NCBI RefSeq assembly: GCF_036321535.1 | Contig: NC_087436.1 | Span: 84,694,001 to 84,758,000 of the forward strand | Source of the DNA: Camelus dromedarius | Taxonomy: Eukaryota | Direction of reading: 5' to 3' | DNA: 64,000 bases | Shown: positions 1 through 13,117 of the stretch, one piece after another | Layout: each line of letters starts with the position of its first letter | Numbering within the stretch: the stretch's first letter is position 1 | The notes under the pieces: model-generated | Database searches by the model: none | What the model saw: only the letters and a program-made list of their open reading frames with translations | Told to the model about the DNA's origin: nothing | Made by a program: the position numbers and the translations under genes

Positions 1-350
1 CTTTCACTTAATATATTATTTAACTTTTCATGATATCACCATTATCAAACACAAATATTAACTACCTTAAATATTAAGTATGTACCTCCCTACAGTTGAA
101 TGAATAGAGGCAGGAAACAAACAATACTTTGGTCAGAAAAGTAATCAGTAATCAGTAATTAACCTGAGCATTCTACCTCAAGGAGATCTTTGAATTTCTG
201 ACAGTCATACTGTGCAGGTGCTCAGATCATTAAAAATAAAACTGTATGTGATACATTCTCCATAAACCATCCAGGTGGGTCTTAGGCAAAATGGCACTAA
301 GTATAAAGTGGTATTGATATGAAAGAATTTGAATAGAAGACATCATGCAG

Positions 351-552
351 ACTAACTACTATATATAAAATAGATAAACAACAAGTTTATACTGTATAGC
401 ACAGGGAACTACATTTACTATTTTATAGTAACCTATAATGAAAAAGAATATGAAAACAAATATATGTACACATTTATAGGACTGAAACATTATGCTATAC
501 ACCATAAATTGACACAACATCATAAGATGACTATACTTCATTAAAAAAAAAA
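351..552 (+). mobile_element. 5'-truncated L1 3' tail (artiodactyl/camelid type)
   Basis: actgtatagcacagggaact...gactatacttca plus A tail; imperfect TSD aagacatcatgcag / aagacgtgatgcag. Confidence 0.85.
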
Positions 553-3013
553 AAGACGTGATGCAGGTGTTTAATTTGATCTCTGGTAACAAGATAATTG
601 GGACAAGAGAAAATGAGTTTACAGATCTAATGTAGCTTGAGAAATAAGACATTTTTAGGAATTTTGTTTTTAGAAAGAAGGGCATCACTACTCTTAGCAG
701 ATCATTTGTCTTTGTTAATAAAGGTCTGATGTCCTGGTTGCTGGGTGGGTGCCTTTAGGGGTAATAAATATTTTAAGTCTTGTCACCTTGACTTTGCCAC
801 TGAAACTATCTGTTGATGAGAGAGGGGACTTTATTTTGTAACTATATCTTCTAGAAAACTGACCTTACTAACGAGTTGGCAAGCTACCACCATCTACCAC
901 AGCCTGTGCCCTACTCTAGCTCAAAGGAGGTTCCGTGAGGGTGCGAACCACTCTTTAGTTTATAATCAGAGATTATCTGACAAACAAAACAAGAAGTCTT
1001 TAATCACCCATGTAGTAACATGTGTGTGTGTTGTAACAGCCCTGTTAAAAAAAAAGAGAAAACAAAAGAAAATGTATGTAGGGCTTCTTAAGCAGACGTG
1101 ACATGTGATCTCTGGACACGCCACAATAGGCCCTGAAGACGGGGGAAGATCTGGTGCAACTTAGTATCTGATCCAGTGGACTTGGTTGCTTACAAATAAT
1201 ATAAGATGATTTACACACATCAAGTTTAGAATTGTACTATCTCTGAAAAAAAGTACAGCATTTTATGGGCCAGAACCCATAATCACATTTCCAGCAAATG
1301 CTACTATTTTGAAATAATTCCTTTCATTTTTTTACCATGTTTTGTAACATTGTTCTGAAAGGTAATTTAAAATATTTGATACTCAGCTAGTAACACAACT
1401 CAGAAGCATTAGAAAATGGTCCTTATGAGTTGCCGTTTCCCTCATTCTGGCCGGCATTTCCCTTCTCGTGTCACTCTGCTAGTGCTCACGTTCTGATCCT
1501 TCAAATTATTAAACCGTTCAAATGGTAAACCTACACTCACCTTCTTGGGGGAAAGACAAATCTGCTATTGCACAGTTAAAGTTGAGTTTTTTCATTTTTA
1601 AAGAAGGGGAAGATTAAAAGCAAAAGTTATTGGGGGGCATAAGAAATAAGTTTGGTTTTGATCCAGATGCAATTAACAATTATTAGGCAAAAGGCCAAAT
1701 CTTGAGTGCCTACCCCATAAAACATGTCTATTCCTACCTCCTCGGAAGCAGGAAAAAAAATCCAGAACAGTGTGATGATTCAAATATGAAGTAATTTAAA
1801 ATCTGTTTTTAAAATCTTCCCTCCACAAATGAAATCAGAAAGGAGATATCTCTGCATGTAGACCTTTAGAGTTGGCTAAAACCTTCGGTATACACAGTGC
1901 ACTGAGAAGTCCATTCAGCCTGGCTCTGAAGTTGTTTTGGGAAAACCTCCAGTGCCTGGTGTCTGGGCCAGCACGGTGCCTTTAAATGGCTTCCCCTGCC
2001 CTGGCAAGACATGCTAGACTCCACATAAAAGGAACCTTCCACCACCAGCCAAGTGTCTGCAGACTTCGTTTCCTGTACAGCCCAGCTTCACCTGCCCAGT
2101 GCTTTTTGCTCCATTCCCTGGACCTGCTGTGCCTCTGAGAGTTCCATCTGTGGATTCTTCCCTTGTAACTAAAATAATCCAGTCTCTCCCAGACCCCTTC
2201 CAGCCACCCTGCTGTCGCACCTCCTTGGCTGAATGCACTCCACTAATTGTACCCAGGGTAAACTCTCTCTGCCAACCAGGTTAAAGACACCTTTTCCCCA
2301 TGTACCTCAGCAAAGATGACACTTCCAGACCTAGCCTGGCAGCCAAGGGGAGAGCCAGTCAATGAAAACTCAAGGCAAAAGGAAACTCGGGGTCTGTTTA
2401 TCAAAAAAGGAACCAAACGGTATCCTGTTTTGTGTCCTCTCCTGAAAACCTAATAACAATTTAGTCAAATGGGCAATACTAGCTTTTTTAATCTGGATGT
2501 CAACTTAAGTACAAATACAGGCAATATGAAATAAAAGAATTTTAAGAAAAAGAAAGTAATTCATTCTAATGCTCTAATACAACCATCACAGGTGTTTACT
2601 TCATTTTATTTTGAGTTATGAAAACAACAGAGCTACAGTATTAAAGGAAATTCTGAAAAAGAAAAAAGAAAACTGATAATTTCACAGCCATGGAACACCA
2701 GCAATTCACTTGGGGCCATTCCTTTCCAGCTTTCTGCCATGTACACATTCCTCTTTAGACGAGACCTTCCCCTAGGTTGGTGCCTTTGTGTATTTTTTTC
2801 CCATTTTTCATCTGGCAAATTCCTATTCTCCTTTCAAACCCAGTTCATGTATGATGCCTTCCAAAAATACCTCCCAGCAGAGCATCTGCTGGGCTCGTCA
2901 GGCCTCACAGCATCCTCTTCCCATCTCTGCTGTAGCACCAATCCTGCAGAATTCATCTGTTTTCATGACTAGTCTTCAAAAAATTGTATGTGCCATGAGA
3001 GCAGAGGCCTTTC

Positions 3014-3156
3014 TGTTTTGTTGTGGTTTTTTGAGGGGGAGGTAATTAGTTTTATTTATTTATTTAATCTATTTCTTAATGGAGGCGCTGGAGATTGAAC
3101 CCAGGACCTCGTGCATGCCAAGCAGGCACTCTACCACTGAGCTATACCCTCCCCTC
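3014..3156 (-). mobile_element. Vic-1-type tRNA-Ala-derived SINE
   Basis: Reverse complement of ggggagggtatagctcagtggtagag...gggttcaatc; TSD aggcctttc. Confidence 0.9.
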
Positions 3157-4227
3157 TAAAGGCCTTTCGTAGTCACCTTATATAACCCAAGACCTCACAC
3201 ACCACTTGCAAGTCGCATGTGAAAAGGACTGAAACAATTACAGTTATAACTGTGCTGTACATATACTTTGGATTCAGCCTTGTTAACTTCATGTTATATC
3301 ATAAACATTGTCCAAAACCCACCTCTAGCAACTACTGGAAGGAAGAAGGCACCTTTTTGCATCACGATCGCCAATAAGAAGTTACTGGGAAATTACAGAA
3401 GAACTAATAGGACTCTTTTCTGATGTGGTAGGCAGCAGGAAATCCTCTGGGGAACAAGTCAAGGCTGAGTCCATTATATACACACACACATGCATGCACA
3501 CATACATACACGCCACACTGTCAGAGTACGGCAGGGGTCTACAGCACATGCAGAGAGCAGACCCCACAAAATATTCTTTTGTACACAGAGACAAAGCCAC
3601 ACCCACTATGATAAATAATTTTGATGAATTATCAGAGAAGCAGCACAGTATTGTTGAGAAAGATCTGAATTTAGATGCTGAATAAACTAAGTTCAGTTTA
3701 TTAGCTATATAATCTGATACATCCATCAACAAAATATCCTGGCACTCTGTTGGATGCCGGAAATTCAGTGATAAGAAACAGAGAGCTGCCAGTCACTCAC
3801 AGGGCTGCCAGTCTGGTAAAGGAAACAGAAAATAAACAGGTAACACCGTAAGGGTGATTAGCAACATTGTGGGGAAACAGTGCTAAGAAGCATGTTAGCA
3901 GGTCAGGAAAAGCCTCCTGGAGGAGCAAGGTCCTGGAGAAAAGGGATAGCACAGGGTGGGTAGGGAAATGTCTTTCTAGGCAACGGACTGACATGTATAA
4001 ATGCCCAGGGGCATCTATAAAATAGAAATCTGAATGCCCAAGCACCATAGAAAGCAATTCTGAGGTTCAAATTAGATATTGATGGGGATGGGTAAATCCC
4101 TTGGTGAATGGTACTTATAATAAGATAATAAAATTGAAACCCAATGTTGTAATTTTTAGTAACATAGAGAACTGGAAAGAAATAGAACTGAAGTTAAAAG
4201 AACATAAAACAGAGGAATTTATTCTAC

Positions 4228-4840
4228 ACTGGTGTTTCTCAACCTTTTTGCCATTATCACTGCCCCCTGCCCTCATTAGTCCACTAGGGCTGTCGTAACA
4301 AAGCATCAGGCTGGGTGGCTTAAACAAGAGAAGTTTATTTTCTCCCCATCCTAGAGGCTGGAAGTCCCAGATTAAGGTGTCAACTGGGTTAATTTCTTCT
4401 GAGGCCTCCCTCCTTGGCTCGTAGGTGGCCATCTCCTCCCTTTGTCTTCACATGGTTTTCCTCTCTGCTCTACTTTGTACTAATCTCCTCTTCTTATAAG
4501 GACACCAGTCATATTGGATTAGGGCCCATCCTAATGACCTCATTTTACCCTTAATTACCTCTTTAAGGCCCTATCTCCAAATCAGTCAGCATCTGAGGTA
4601 TGAGGGGTTAGGACGTCAACATCTTCAACACATGAATTTGAGGGAGAAGCACCCGCCAGGGAGCCTTTTGAGACATTTTCCCCCCCCCCGTCACTCCCCT
4701 CACACACGAAACGTAAATATCTGTTTACATGCTGTGGCCCTTTGAAGGGCCACAAACCATTGTTATATCTAAGACTTTGGCCCCTCCAAGAACCAGTTTT
4801 TGAGTCCTTGAAGGCAGCACCCTCCTTGTTGAGAATGCAC
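4228..4840. mobile_element. hAT-Charlie-type MITE interrupted by an MLT1A-like LTR (about 4275-4645, minus strand)
   Basis: Termini gtttctcaac / gttgagaatgc; internal MaLR signature ctgggtggcttaaacaa...cttataaggacaccagtcatattggattagggccc. Confidence 0.75.
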
Positions 4841-5538
4841 GCTGCTCATTAAAAACAGCCAGATCAACGTTCAGCTAAAGGGCGTGCGATGGTAAACAAT
4901 TCCGAACTAAAATTATGTGTGACCCCAATGTGGCTAATAGGATGATCTTTACTGTTTTAACACTCTTCTGAGTTGCATACATTTTTCACAATGATTATGT
5001 GACATCCTCTTTAATCAGGCAGCTAAGCAAACTGCTTTTTATTATCTATTTATTCATCCATCTCTCACTTGCCAATGATCTTGAAGAGTTTGGTCATCTG
5101 AAGCCAGCATAGTTAAATGTTGACAGATCTCAATTCTAGAGATCCGTTAAAGCACAGAAAACTGCTTACTAGCTGTCCAGAAGGGCTGCGTTGAGAGAGA
5201 TCACACCGTGCGTTCTCCTGCCTCGCCCCACCTGCCCTGAAGATCCTCATCTGGGTGAAATCAAGATAAATGGACAAGGCTGTTGACTGGGAAAGAAGCC
5301 ACCAATAGGCAGGCCAGGGGCTATGTGTCCGGGACTGGAGAAAGGCAACCCCTTACCGGCTCTTTGTGTGAATACAAGTCTCAGGGTTTATTTCTTTAAC
5401 AGCATCCACTGGCGAAAACATCACCTCCACTGCCAGGCCACCGGCAGCTGAGACCCTCAGAAGTATCTACAATATCCTAATATCTGACTGCCTGCCACAA
5501 GGTGAACTTTAACTGCTCAAATCTAAACTGTAAGAGAG

Positions 5539-5689
5539 AGGGGGGAGGGTATAGCTCATTGGTAGAGTGCATGCGTAGCATGCATGAGGTCCTGGGTTCA
5601 ATCCCCAGTACCTCCATTAGAAAAAATAAAGGAACAAACAAACAAACCTAATTACTTCCCCCCAACAAAAAAATAAATAAGATTAAAAA
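5539..5689 (+). mobile_element. Vic-1-type SINE, long form
   Basis: A and B boxes, tail acctaattacttcccccc, TSD aaactgtaagaga. Confidence 0.92.
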
Positions 5690-6324
5690 AAACTGTAAGA
5701 GACAAAGGTTGGTTCATTTTATTTACATTTTAATTCGGGGTTATAACAGCCCGTATCACAGCTACATGAAGATATAGAAATTCAGCAAAGTGTGCTGGGG
5801 GGTGGGGGGAACTGAAAGAAAGAGAGGAGGAAAAGGGGAAAGGGAAGTAGTGGGTGGGAGCGGGGGTGCAGTGAAGAGGAGAGGGAGGTAGAAAGAGGCA
5901 GAAGACAAAGGGAGAGTGGAGGAGGGAGGAAGGACCAATGGAAATGAAAATTGTAAGCAGTTCAGCCATTACCCAGTCTGCACAGTGAGGGCCTGGGAAA
6001 AGAAATGTGAATCTGCCTTGGACCCAACTTCTGTGTGCACTGAAATTCTAGTGTTTAAAGGTCAATATTTTGCAAATCGCAGAGCCCCTGAATGGAAGCT
6101 GAATTCTTCAGCTGGTGCTCAACTAAAGAAACAACCAGATAAAAAGCGGCCGTGCTGAACCAATGAAAAATGGTGCTTGATCTCCAACACTGCAGCTTCT
6201 TAAGGATTTTCAAGGGTAAACTGCTCCTGTGTTTGTTCTGTGCCTTTCTCATTGGCTTTACTACCTGATCCAATAAGAGACAATGCCTCTGTATACAATT
6301 AAGTGTCCCCTTTTGTAACGTGAG

Positions 6325-7270
6325 TATTAAAAAGAGTAAAGCCATATTAATCAAACAGTGTGGCACTGGCATAAGGACAGACATACAGAACAATGGAAAA
6401 GAATCGACTGCCTAGAAGTAAACCCTCCTATTTATGGATAACTGACTCTCACCAAGGATGTGAAGACAATTCAGTGGGGAAAGGACAGTCTTTTCTTACC
6501 AGGACAACACCACATCCACAGGCAAAAGAATAAAACTGGAGCCCTACACTATACCATACACAAAAATTAACTAAAAGGGGTCAAAGACCTAAAATGCAAG
6601 AGCTAAAACTATAAAGCTCTTAGAAGAAAACACAGGCATAGATCTTCGTGACCATGGATTAGGCAATAGTTTCTTAGATTTGACACAAAAAGCACAAATG
6701 ACGAAAGAAAAAAAAAAGATCAGCTGGACTATATCACAATGTAAAACTTGTGTGTTTCAAAGGACATCATCTAGAAAGTGAAAGGACAACTCACAGAATG
6801 GAAGAAAATACTTGCAAATCATGTATCTAGAATATATAAAGAACTCTTACAAAACAAATTTTAAAAAACCAACCCAATATAAAGTTGGCAAAGGATCTCA
6901 ATAGACATTTCTCCAAAGAAGATACACAAATGGCCATAAGCACATCAAAAGAAAAGCTTTACGTCATTAGCCATCAGGGAAATGCAAGTCAAAATCACCC
7001 TGAGATACCACTTCAGAGCCACAGGATAGTTATTCTCCAAAACACTCATAATAATACGTGCTGGCAAGTATGTAGAGAAACTAGATCCCTCATACGCTAC
7101 TGGAGGGAATGTAAAATGGTGCAGCCACTTTGGAAGAGTCTGGCATTTCCTCAAAATATTAAACACAGAGTTACCATATGACCCAGCAATTCCACTCCTA
7201 GGAACATACCTAAGACACTGAAAACATACATCCACTCAAAAACTCGTACACAAGTGTTCATTATATAAAA
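6325..7270 (+). mobile_element. Old L1 ORF2 3' fragment
   Basis: ORF 6885..7181 (AKDLNRHFSKED...KMVQPLWKS) is the L1 ORF2 C-terminal region. Confidence 0.88.
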
Positions 7271-9285
7271 AACTACAATATAAAATTATGTACCTTGATA
7301 GAAAAGCATATATAAAATAATTTATGAGTGTAGAAATTCAAAGACATGCATAATTTATGTCTTTTATACTATGAATCTTAACCAGAGTTCATACTTTATC
7401 TGGACCCATATATCCAATTTTGAAACTTTTGTAAGAATTAAATAAATAAATAAATACAACCCACACTAACAGGAAATGTTACCATCACAACATATTAAGG
7501 TAGAGGAAAATAACCTAGGTCTTCTATCAACAAGGTAAATACAATTTTGGACAGAAGAGCAAAGGTAGATACAAAAGGACTGATCCTTCATTACTGTCAC
7601 CAGGGAAGCTTTGTTATTTCTCAGCCCTTAAAGCAAGAAATTGTTTACCTGAAAAGACACCAGTTAGCACCAGCACACATCACTGTCATCAGTATCTTTC
7701 TCACAAAGAATCAGTTTTCTCTTTTCCAAGGTTATCCTAAGTTTATCCTAGTACAAAACTGTAGGAGAATAAAAGTCTCACCAAAAGAAGTTAAGTTATT
7801 TGATTCTTAGAAGTTGTCAGTACAAATAGGGTTATTACGCTTGCGGTTTTAATTCAGATATTCTTATGAGAGGGATCCAACTTCAAAGCCTTACAAGGTC
7901 TTTTTACAGCAAGGTGATAAATACTGGCAAAATGTCACACAAGCCATGCCAGACACAATACACAATATCTGTTTAGAAGGGATTCATCCGGGGAGCTGCT
8001 AAGCAAAAGAGACCGTTTTTCTCCCTTCCCTGGGAGCCCAAAGGTACCTGCCCATGGGGGTACGTGTGCATGTGTGTGCGGGTGCACACACACACAAACA
8101 CACACATCGCACAGCCCCTGGACTGCTTTCCCCCGCCCCATATTTACCCAGCAGGTTCTGCTCTGCAGCACAGGCAGGAAATATCTGCAGGAGAGGGATG
8201 GGGACTGGAAGCTAATAGCATTTTACTTCCTACCACCACCATCACCACCATAGCTGCAGCACCCAGATGTTGTCCTGGAAATCATGCTAGAGAATTTCAA
8301 TGAAGAACATCATGTGACTGGACAGGTCAGGATGGAATTCACAGGTGTTGTCAGAGCCATGAAAATGGGCCAGAACCTGGACAAGGAGAGAGAATTGGGA
8401 GGGGCGGCAGGCAAAGCACTCATGGGGGAAGCATGGAATTGACAGGGGCCACTGTCAGCAAAGAGAGGGGGTGAGTGGAGGTACCAAGCAGAGGTGGAAC
8501 GGGCGAGCGGTGGCCGAGGAGTTGAATGGAAATGGGGTTGGAACCAGAAAGCAGAGAGTGTTGGGTGCCAAGCTAATGACTTTTCACTGATTTCTCTTTC
8601 TTTTTGTATAGCTTAAAGGAATCACTGTTGGTTCCTGAACGTCTGAGTCTCAATTTCCTTATCTATAAAGTGATGGTTTAGGATTAGAAAATAGCTGTTA
8701 ACTAATAATAATTACGTAAGTTGCTCACCCATTATATGTAGAGCTGTGCTGAGCTGTGCATACATTAATTAAGGCCTTTTCTAGTCTCAACCTGCTACGA
8801 TGATTTGAAAGAGTCTACTCTCTAATTGATTCTAATTCCTCCTTTGATCTGGTATATTCTCTCTTCTGGAGTGGAGAGGGGAGAACGGGAAACACAGCTT
8901 TTCTGCTGCTTCGGTTGTATGCCGGCAGCCTTCTACACAAGCTCATTCTTGAACAAGAGAAAGGGTCCCCCATGCTTTCTTCCTGATATAAACTGTCGCC
9001 TGGTGGAAGACATCTTGAGATTAGTATAGAACAAAAGCTACATGAGCACAAGGTAGAAGGTCTGTAACTCAACACATAATTTTTCCTCCTGATACTCAGA
9101 AAGGGAGAAAGATTCAGGGCTCCTTGCCAGATTTCTGCCAGAAAGAGCTCACCAGCCAGTCTTCCTAAATCCTCCTCAATGCCCAACCTCTGAACATAGG
9201 AGAGCCCTAGGTCTTGGTTCACGGGAGCAATTCTCTTCTGACACTTTCTCCTTGAGGATCTATCTCATCCACACTCATTGCTTTA

Positions 9286-9381
9286 CTTTTTTTTTTTTTT
9301 TTTTGCATGTTATCTTTATTTTAAAAATTTTTTTTTATTGAAGTATAGTCAGTTTACAGTGTTGTGTCAATTTCTGGTATG
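9286..9381 (-). mobile_element. Very short L1 3' tip
   Basis: Poly-T then tttattgaagtatagtcagtttaca; perfect TSD ctcattgcttta. Confidence 0.85.
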
Positions 9382-10234
9382 CTCATTGCTTTAAACATTA
9401 CCCCTACTAAAGGCTCTCAATTTTATATCTCCATTGAAAATAATGGTCCCTTGTCACTGGTGTGATCATCAAGGCTCATGTCAAGAGGTTCCAGAGGCAG
9501 TCACCTGGAGAGCCTACTGCATTTGGCTCATGTCCTCCGCCCACTGCCCGACAACCACAGCCACGATGCCAAACCTCAGACGACTTCAGTAGTCTTCACG
9601 GGTGAAGAATCACTTTAGATGACTGGTCTGTGACCAGCTGCTGTCCAGATACAGATGGCAAAGGGCACTGCATTTTGTGGGGGCTGTGATTTAAATTATT
9701 GGTGAATCCTTACAAAGTAGTTTCAGTTCAAGATGAGAATAAGAAACCAGAATGCATGAGATAAGGGAAGTGTGGAAAATTTAAAAGTTTAGATGGAGAT
9801 TTAAGGCTATACTTGTGGAAAATCTGTGAGTGAGTGAAGACAAAAACACAGAACAGCATCTCAAAGACGAAGTAAGTCCTGAGAGTTTGATTTTTTAAAA
9901 AATTTTACATTGTAAGTCAGGCCTAAAGATACTCATAGAGTAAGTAGGGAAAAAATTGGTGGGGAAAAGGAGATAATCTAAGACCTAAGTTTCTGAGAAT
10001 ACGGGAGGGAATAAGGTCAAGAGAACAAACACAAAGTCCAACTTTGGAAAAAGAGAAGTTTTTCTTCCGGAACACTAAAGAGGCGCTTGAGCAGTGATTC
10101 AGTGAGATAATGTGTGTATGAGTACTTTGTGACGTGTACTGACCCACTCTAACGGGAGTTAGTACCACGCAGCATCTACCAAATGCCAACAAGGCAGGCA
10201 TTCAAAACACGTCTGTTAAAATAACTGAGATCTA

Positions 10235-10361
10235 GGCGGTAGGGTATAGCTCAAGTGGTAAAATGCATGCTTAGCATGCACGAGGTCCTGCACAAGATCC
10301 TGGGTACCTCCTCTAAAAATAAATAATAAAACCTAACTACCTCCCTCCTGGAAAAAAAAAA
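10235..10361 (+). mobile_element. Vic-1-type SINE with rearranged B-box region
   Basis: gggtatagctcaagtggta...; TSD aactgagatctag. Confidence 0.88.
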
Positions 10362-12974
10362 AAACTGAGATCTAGAGAAAACCTAAGATAGTGAGACAGT
10401 TATGGGAACTGCAATACTTGAAGAAAAGAGAAGAAAAGCAAGTTCACACTGAATTTCCTGAGCAAAGCAAGAGGCAAAGTCATCCAAAATTGAAGGCAGA
10501 TTTGAAGTGTATAGATGAAGTTTGAAATAAGTGCTTTGAAGAATGTGTTAGGGAGTTAAGGGCAGTAAAATAAGAAGTCAGTGAAACTTTTAATTAGTAT
10601 TTTATTGGAAACCTTTTAATCCTGACAAATAATGATGGCTGAGCTGAGTCAAGGACCGGCAATATAAATGTGTAACAGAAGCAGTGACGAAGGCTGGAGG
10701 TAGAGGGAAGTGCTCCAGGGTGTGTAACAGCTGGGGTTCCGGGCAGTGTCTCCGGGGTGCCAGGAGGGGAGTACTGATGAGTACTGACACATTTGCTCCC
10801 GGACCCCAGGCTGAGCATGAAGGTAGGCAGGAGACTGATGCACTGAGCAAATAGGAGGGGGTGAAAAAAGGAGAAAAACTCAGAATGGAGGCAAAAAGGA
10901 AAGAGGAGCACTATGAGGAAATGGGGGCACTAAAAGGCAAGAAGACTGCACTCAGAGAAGGGAGCTCCAGTCTGCAGTCTGGAGAAAGAAGTCCACAGGA
11001 TGCTACAGCTGGAGATGAGTCCTATGAGCTCCAAGTTCAATCGTGAAGCCTAGCTGTCTCTACCCTTGAAAAAGCACAGAGGTATTTAGAGATGCTGGAC
11101 AAAATAAGATCTGCCAGGGTCCAAAAGTTTCAATCAACTCAGAATGAGAAAGTCCTTATTTATTCCTTCTCTTGTTGCAAGGTTGGTGGGTGGTATGGAA
11201 TTTATATTAAGCTATTCTTAGCTCTGGGACAGATGCTAACACATTCATCGCAGTTGAAGGAAGAAGGCCAAAAAATACTGCAAGACTCAATAACCTGAGG
11301 CTAGGTACAGAAATGGCTCATTTCTTTTACACTGAAACATTACTCGGTGCAGTAAAACTCTAAAATATTCTCTGAGGAAATATTTGTTTCCTTATTACCT
11401 TTTTAAAGAGACTGGCTCTCTAACCAATCAAAACCAAATATTCTATTTTGAGAAACGATTTATAAATAAGATTGCATAAAAACAAACTCATATGTACAGG
11501 TGGACACTCACATTCATACACATAGAAAATTCAGTAACCATAAAATTATTCTAGCAAAGCAGTTTTATGACGTTATTATTTCACTAACTAAAACTAAAAA
11601 TTTGACTCCATCTAAGAACAACTCTTGTTCTCTTACAAGAGGACAAAAGTGCCCCGCCCCCAAATTCTATACTGATTGAATCTATTTGTGCAATACTGGG
11701 GATGTGAAATTTACCCATACCTGAAAACAGAGATGGCACCCTGGGAATAGAAAGAGGGCATGATTAATAGCTCTATTCCTGCTTTGATATGAATCTATCT
11801 GTCAATGCTAATTCTACAGCTCACTGCACTTGGAGTTGATCTCATGCACAAAAAGTAGCCCCTCCCATGCACCTCTCTCATCAAATACAGATGGAACTAT
11901 AGCAGTTAGTATCTTTGTATCTCTACAGAGACAAGTCAGAAAACATGACTATTTCTACACTTCTTAATGATCTTCAATCTCTTAGAGAACTTTTTCTGTT
12001 TTGTTTTGATTTCATTTACTAGACTTAAAGACAAGGGATCACATACTGAGAACTCACGCTAACTCCTCATACTGTTTCTCCATCTTCACACTGCAGAGAT
12101 GATTTCCTGAAAACATGTATTGTGTGGTTTTTTTGCTTCCCTACTCAGCCCCCACATACCACCACAAAGTAGTCTTTGCCAGATGGAGAGAACCATTAAG
12201 TATGCAATTGTGTTTTCTTCCCAGTGTCCTAAGTATGAGTTTGGAGAGAGTAATAAAGGCAGTTTTCTTCATTCAGACAGTGAAAACCGTAAGCACCACC
12301 ACTGCAAGCTTTAGGCTGTACACAAACAATGACAATTCCAGTCAAAAAGCAAATTTCTTGAGAAAGTTGTATACAGCAGCTGCAAACAGAAGACTTCCAA
12401 TAAAAAAAAAAAATCTTGTAGATAGAACTGTAATGGATAATCCCGTCCCCAAAAGAAATAACCAGAGTGAAAGCTTATCTGGTTACTCCTCGAACTAGTG
12501 GGCAGCTTTTCTCTCACCAACATGAGCACAGAATGGACAATCAGCACAGAAAGAGATATGACAGGGAAAAGCAGGTGAACACTGTGGGCAGAGCATCACT
12601 GCCGAATCAAAGTGGATGGAAGTATGTAAGAAAACCAGAACATGGGGTTATCAGCAAAGTTTGGAAAGCAACATGGAGGAAAAATACATAAATGACCAAT
12701 AGCCAACTCCACTTTATATCAGATGCCCTGGCTGTAGGAAGCCCTACATTTCTCAATATTCACTCATGGCTTTGCCCACTGGCTTCCTAGAAGGAGCAGT
12801 TGTAAACTCTCAGGGAATCTGAATCCAGACTGGGATTCAGAGACTTCTTCATCTTGTCATCTCCTGGGAGTCTTCATCAAACAGCATCAATCTTAGTACC
12901 TACCTGAATAGATGAGTATGTGTTTGCTGCTTGCTTTTGAAACTGTATTAACTACTACTGTTAAGAAAACATGT

Positions 12975-13117
12975 TAACAAGTGAAAAGACAATCCTTAGA
13001 ATGAGAGAAAATATTTACAAATCATGTATCTGGTAAGTGATTAATATCCAGAATATATAAAAAACTCCACAACTCAACAACAAAGAAGGCAAATATCCCA
13101 ATTCAAAAATGGGCAAA
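12975..13117 (+). mobile_element. L1 ORF2 fragment abutting the 5' end of the long L1
   Basis: gaatgagagaaaatatttacaaatcatgtatctg...aaaaatgggcaaagg. Confidence 0.75.

Noticed and set aside
1535..1545. Consensus minus-strand donor AAG|GTGAGT
   Set aside because: No convincing upstream acceptor or reading frame; isolated donors are expected by chance.
8060..8112. Hairpin or miRNA-like (TG)n...(CA)n quasi-palindrome
   Set aside because: Complementarity comes from simple dinucleotide repeats.
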